From assembly GCA_001179505.1 (NCBI GenBank), contig CDMY01000343.1:1-64000 (forward strand): a stretch of 64,000 bases of DNA. The letters are read 5' to 3'. The notes under the pieces were generated by a model. That model saw only the letters and a list, made by a program, of their open reading frames with translations. It made no database searches and was not told where the DNA came from. The position numbers were made by a program, and so were the translations under genes. The stretch is from Vitrella brassicaformis CCMP3155 (lineage: Eukaryota > Protista > Chromerida). This document shows, one piece after another, positions 60,912 through 64,000 of this stretch (the first letter of the stretch is position 1; each line of letters starts with the position of its first letter).

Positions 60912-63450
60912 TCACTCTTCATCAACAGACAAAGGACCCTCCCCGCCCGACGCCCTCACGACTCCCGAGGCAGGCAGGGCCGCGATGTCGTCGCTGGGAG
61001 GGCTTGAGGCCACTCGGCGATGTGGGTCGTTGGTGTGCGTGTCGGCTGGTTGATGTGACGGCGAAGAGCACCACGGCAGAGGCGGAAGAGGCAAACTAGC
61101 TGCCGGCGAGAACAAGGCCACCGCAGGCAGGCAGGCAGCACGGACAGCAGCAACAGATGGCTGGACAGATAGACACAGAAGAGACAGCGTCAGCAGCAGG
61201 CAGGCAGGCCGGCCGGCCTCACGATGAAGAAACGGCGGAGCGATGAAGTCAGTCAGTCACTCCAGTGGGTGCGTCCGTGAGTCTGCCGGCCTTCTTGTAG
61301 AGGAGGCAGTACGCCTCAGTCCGCTGCACCTCGGCTGCATTCATTGGACCCACACATACACACACACGCACATACAAATGTGCAATCGAGGTTTGCCTCA
61401 TACCAGCGTCTAATTCGTCAACAACTTGACCACCAAGAGATTCAAGACCTATGTACACAGGGCTTGTGCGTCTGCCTGACTGCTGGCGATCCCATATCAA
61501 TTGACAGCCGCCTCACACGCAAGAAGCCCTCCTTAACCGCAACAAAAAGTCACAGACCATCACATTCACGCCTCTTCACCGTCCTCATCTGCGCAGGAAT
61601 GGATTGACACCAGCAGAAGAGCCCAATGTGTGCTGCACTCCTGTGTGTATGTGCGCGTGTGTGAGTGTGTGCCTGGATACATACCTAGGAACAGATACAA
61701 GGCGTCGTCCCACTTCTGGAACGGCAGTGTTGTGTCATGTCGATGAAGCAGCTCCACAATGGAGTCCACTATCGCCTGCGACTGCTTTGCCAGTCCAAGC
61801 GTCTCGCCGTGCACCAGTGCGCCGGCCTTCTCGTCGTATTTGTAGAAGTGGCAGCGACGTAAGGTGTCCACTATGCAGCCGTATCTCAAAGCCTGCTCAC
61901 ACACACACACACACACACACACAAATGCATAGAACAAGACCTCACCCCTCTGGCGTGGCGCGACCAATGGCGCGACCAACCTCTTTCTCGAGGCGCAACT
62001 TGAGGGCATCCTCCGGCTTCGCGTCCCGGTCAATGCCGACCAGCACCCACACCTTCCTCGGGTATTCATCTATCAGTTCTGGGGCGTTCGTGTCCTTCTC
62101 AATCAAAAAGGACACTGAGATGGCGTCATTGTCTTGGTCATATGGCCTGGCCCGAACACGCCAGTCGGTCTGGAGCTGCATCTGCTCGAACAGCGGCCAC
62201 ACATAGTAACACACCGTCAGCAGATTCCGCTGCTTCAGGTCTGCCTGCAAGAAGCTGCACATAATTAGACAGACAAACCACGCAGCACACACAGCACAGA
62301 GAAACCACGAGGCGGAAAGACAATGATGCTGGCCTGGCTGTCTCTCCCTCCCATGTCCATCTGCCTGCGTGTGTTGGTCTGTGACGTACTCTCCGCCGAT
62401 CCTGCCAGCCATCCATTGCCTGTTGACTAATTCGTCAGGGAGTTTGATCCTGGGCAGCGGTGGGAGGTGCTGCCGGACTTCTTCAGCACCACGCCCATAC
62501 ACAGCACCAGCGGGAGTGCCTGAAGCCACCGACACCCACGCATGGATACAGCACAGCACACGGATGTAATATATATCTGCGTGGCACGGACCCCGTTTCA
62601 TTTCATGCAGTGCAGTGCAGTACGTAAGTGATCTCACCCGGCGGCACACCATCTGGCTGTGGCTGCTTCGACGGCACAGCTGCTGATGTCACCGTCGCCG
62701 GCAGCACACTTGCCGCCACCGCTTCTCTTTTCCACCAATCTCGTGTGCCAGGTCTCTCAGGCACCGCCACGGGACCACCATCACTCTGATGGGAAAGAGA
62801 GAAGTCACAAAGATCTCCGTGTGCGATGCAGCCCTTGACCTGCTGGCGAACCTTTTTTGCCGCTGTCCGAAGCGCCCGGCGCGACGTCAGTGCGGTCTGG
62901 TGACCAAAGGGAGGCACAAACGAATGCACCCCCCTGACAACGGCGGCGGACGAACTCGTGAGGGAGAAGATGATGAGCAAGCAACCCATGATGAAGTTCC
63001 TGTCGGGCTGCGTTCGCAACGGAACCGAAGGGGTTTCTTTGACCACTACACTCAGAGAGAGAGAGAGAGAGCTGTGTGTGTGCATGACTGTGTCATTTTG
63101 CACTAAAGGGGCTGGTTACCATTGGCAGCGGCCGACGCGGCAGATGAAGATGGCTCGTCAGCTATAGAGTCACCGGCTCCTTCACAAGCAGCAGCAGAGA
63201 TAGTCACATCTGCGCACCTGCGAACAAACACAGGATGAACATCATACGAGTGAATGCGATGAATGGCGCCTCATCGATATGTGAGCCGCCGAGGGGCTTG
63301 TTTTTCGCTTGCCGTACCTCCGTTGGCTCCTCGACAGCTGCAGCCCTGTCAGCCATCGCCAGGCGTTGAACATGCCGGGGAAGGAAACGGCTGAACGGCA
63401 CTTGAAAGTGTCGGAAATCTGCGACAAACACACAGACATCACACACACTG
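60912..63450 (-). CDS. Multi-exon hypothetical protein, possibly a highly diverged or inactive USP-fold protein; 5' end unresolved
   Basis: Coding-like exons (ADLKQRNLLTVCYYVWPLF...ATPEG; ALRYGCIVDTLRRCHFY...; ...EVQRTEAYCLLYKK). The last motif resembles the USP C-terminal V....AY.LFY. Some junctions do not phase cleanly. Confidence 0.5.
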
Positions 63451-64000
63451 TCACTGCTGATGCCAGTAGGCCCTCCTGCCCGCCCTATCTCACCTCAATG
63501 CGTCAGATCAACAGCACTCAGACAGATGGGCGGCGCCATCTCTGTGGATCGATGACATCACGACATCTCTTTGGGCATCTCCCACAGACTCTGCAACGCC
63601 CCGCTGTCGCAAAACACGGAGAGAGAGGGGGCCTTGCTGCCTACAGTCCAAGCTCGCAGGGACATTCCGTGAAACCGCTCTCTCGGCGAAGGGAGCCCCC
63701 GAAGCCACTCACTGGAGGGTAGGGTGACAGTCAGAGAGGCAGGAGAAGCCAAAAAATGCTTCAAACAGCGGTTTCTTTGTGCGTTGTGTTGCTGCAGAAT
63801 CTCTCGTTCGTCACGCCTCATGACAGCCACGACGTTCGTGATGGGCCACGCTTGCTCTGTGTGTCTGCAGAGTCACTCATTCACCGCGGCTCACTTCCCC
63901 CGCCTCTCTGCTGTGACAGTGTCTGTCTGAGGTCAGCAGCGCATCCCGCCCTCCCATGGCTCTCCTCTGACTGACTGATTGCCATTCACTCGTTTGTGTG

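Noticed and set aside
62860-62989. Bipartite plastid presequence MGCLLIIFSL...VHS-FVPP...RRALR
   Set aside because: The frame is open upstream and joins further 5' exons by a phase-consistent intron, so this Met is probably internal.
1-64000. Hundreds of ORF-track entries rich in CVCVCV, HTHTHT, SVCLSV or WMDGWMD
   Set aside because: They are translations of intronic or intergenic (TG)n, (CA)n, (CTGT)n and (GGAT)n microsatellites, or antisense shadows of real exons.
1-64000. tRNA, rRNA or snRNA genes
   Set aside because: GGTTCG-like strings (e.g. ~14445, 47184, 51140) have no cloverleaf context by eye, and no rRNA-like conserved blocks were seen. A tRNAscan/Infernal run would be needed to exclude them formally.

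Overview
Intron-rich eukaryotic nuclear DNA with short GT-AG introns packed with (CA)n/(TG)n, (GA)n, (GGAT)n and (CAGA)n microsatellites. The style and gene content fit a chromerid alveolate such as Vitrella brassicaformis (inference only). Most ORF-track entries are microsatellite or antisense artefacts, so gene models were rebuilt by hand by joining exons across phase-consistent splice sites; 5' ends are the least certain parts. Genes in order: RLE-type retrotransposon remnant at the left edge, gluconokinase, two Mpv17/PMP22 paralogues (first has a nonsense codon), TerC, a coiled-coil hypothetical, a secreted 11-mer-repeat protein, two hypotheticals, an importin-alpha-like ARM protein without IBB, an AlkB-GRF zinc-finger fusion, a phospholipase/carboxylesterase, oligoribonuclease, a Q/H-rich hypothetical, a small KGKTG-repeat basic protein, a single-domain 6TM voltage-gated channel with EF hands, a 300-N gap, a catalytically dead calpain, GET3/ASNA1, an SH3 protein, a secreted peptidase-S74-domain gene, RsmD, a bacterial-type met-zincin, and two degenerate USP-like loci. 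No rRNA, tRNA or CRISPR array was found. I did not find one clear multi-gene novel system. The best leads are the H1-like KGKTG protein, the TMADW-filter channel, the S74 protein, the secreted PNHHIP-motif protein, the interlocked AlkB/esterase 5' ends and the structured repeat spacer at 2.8-3.8 kb.
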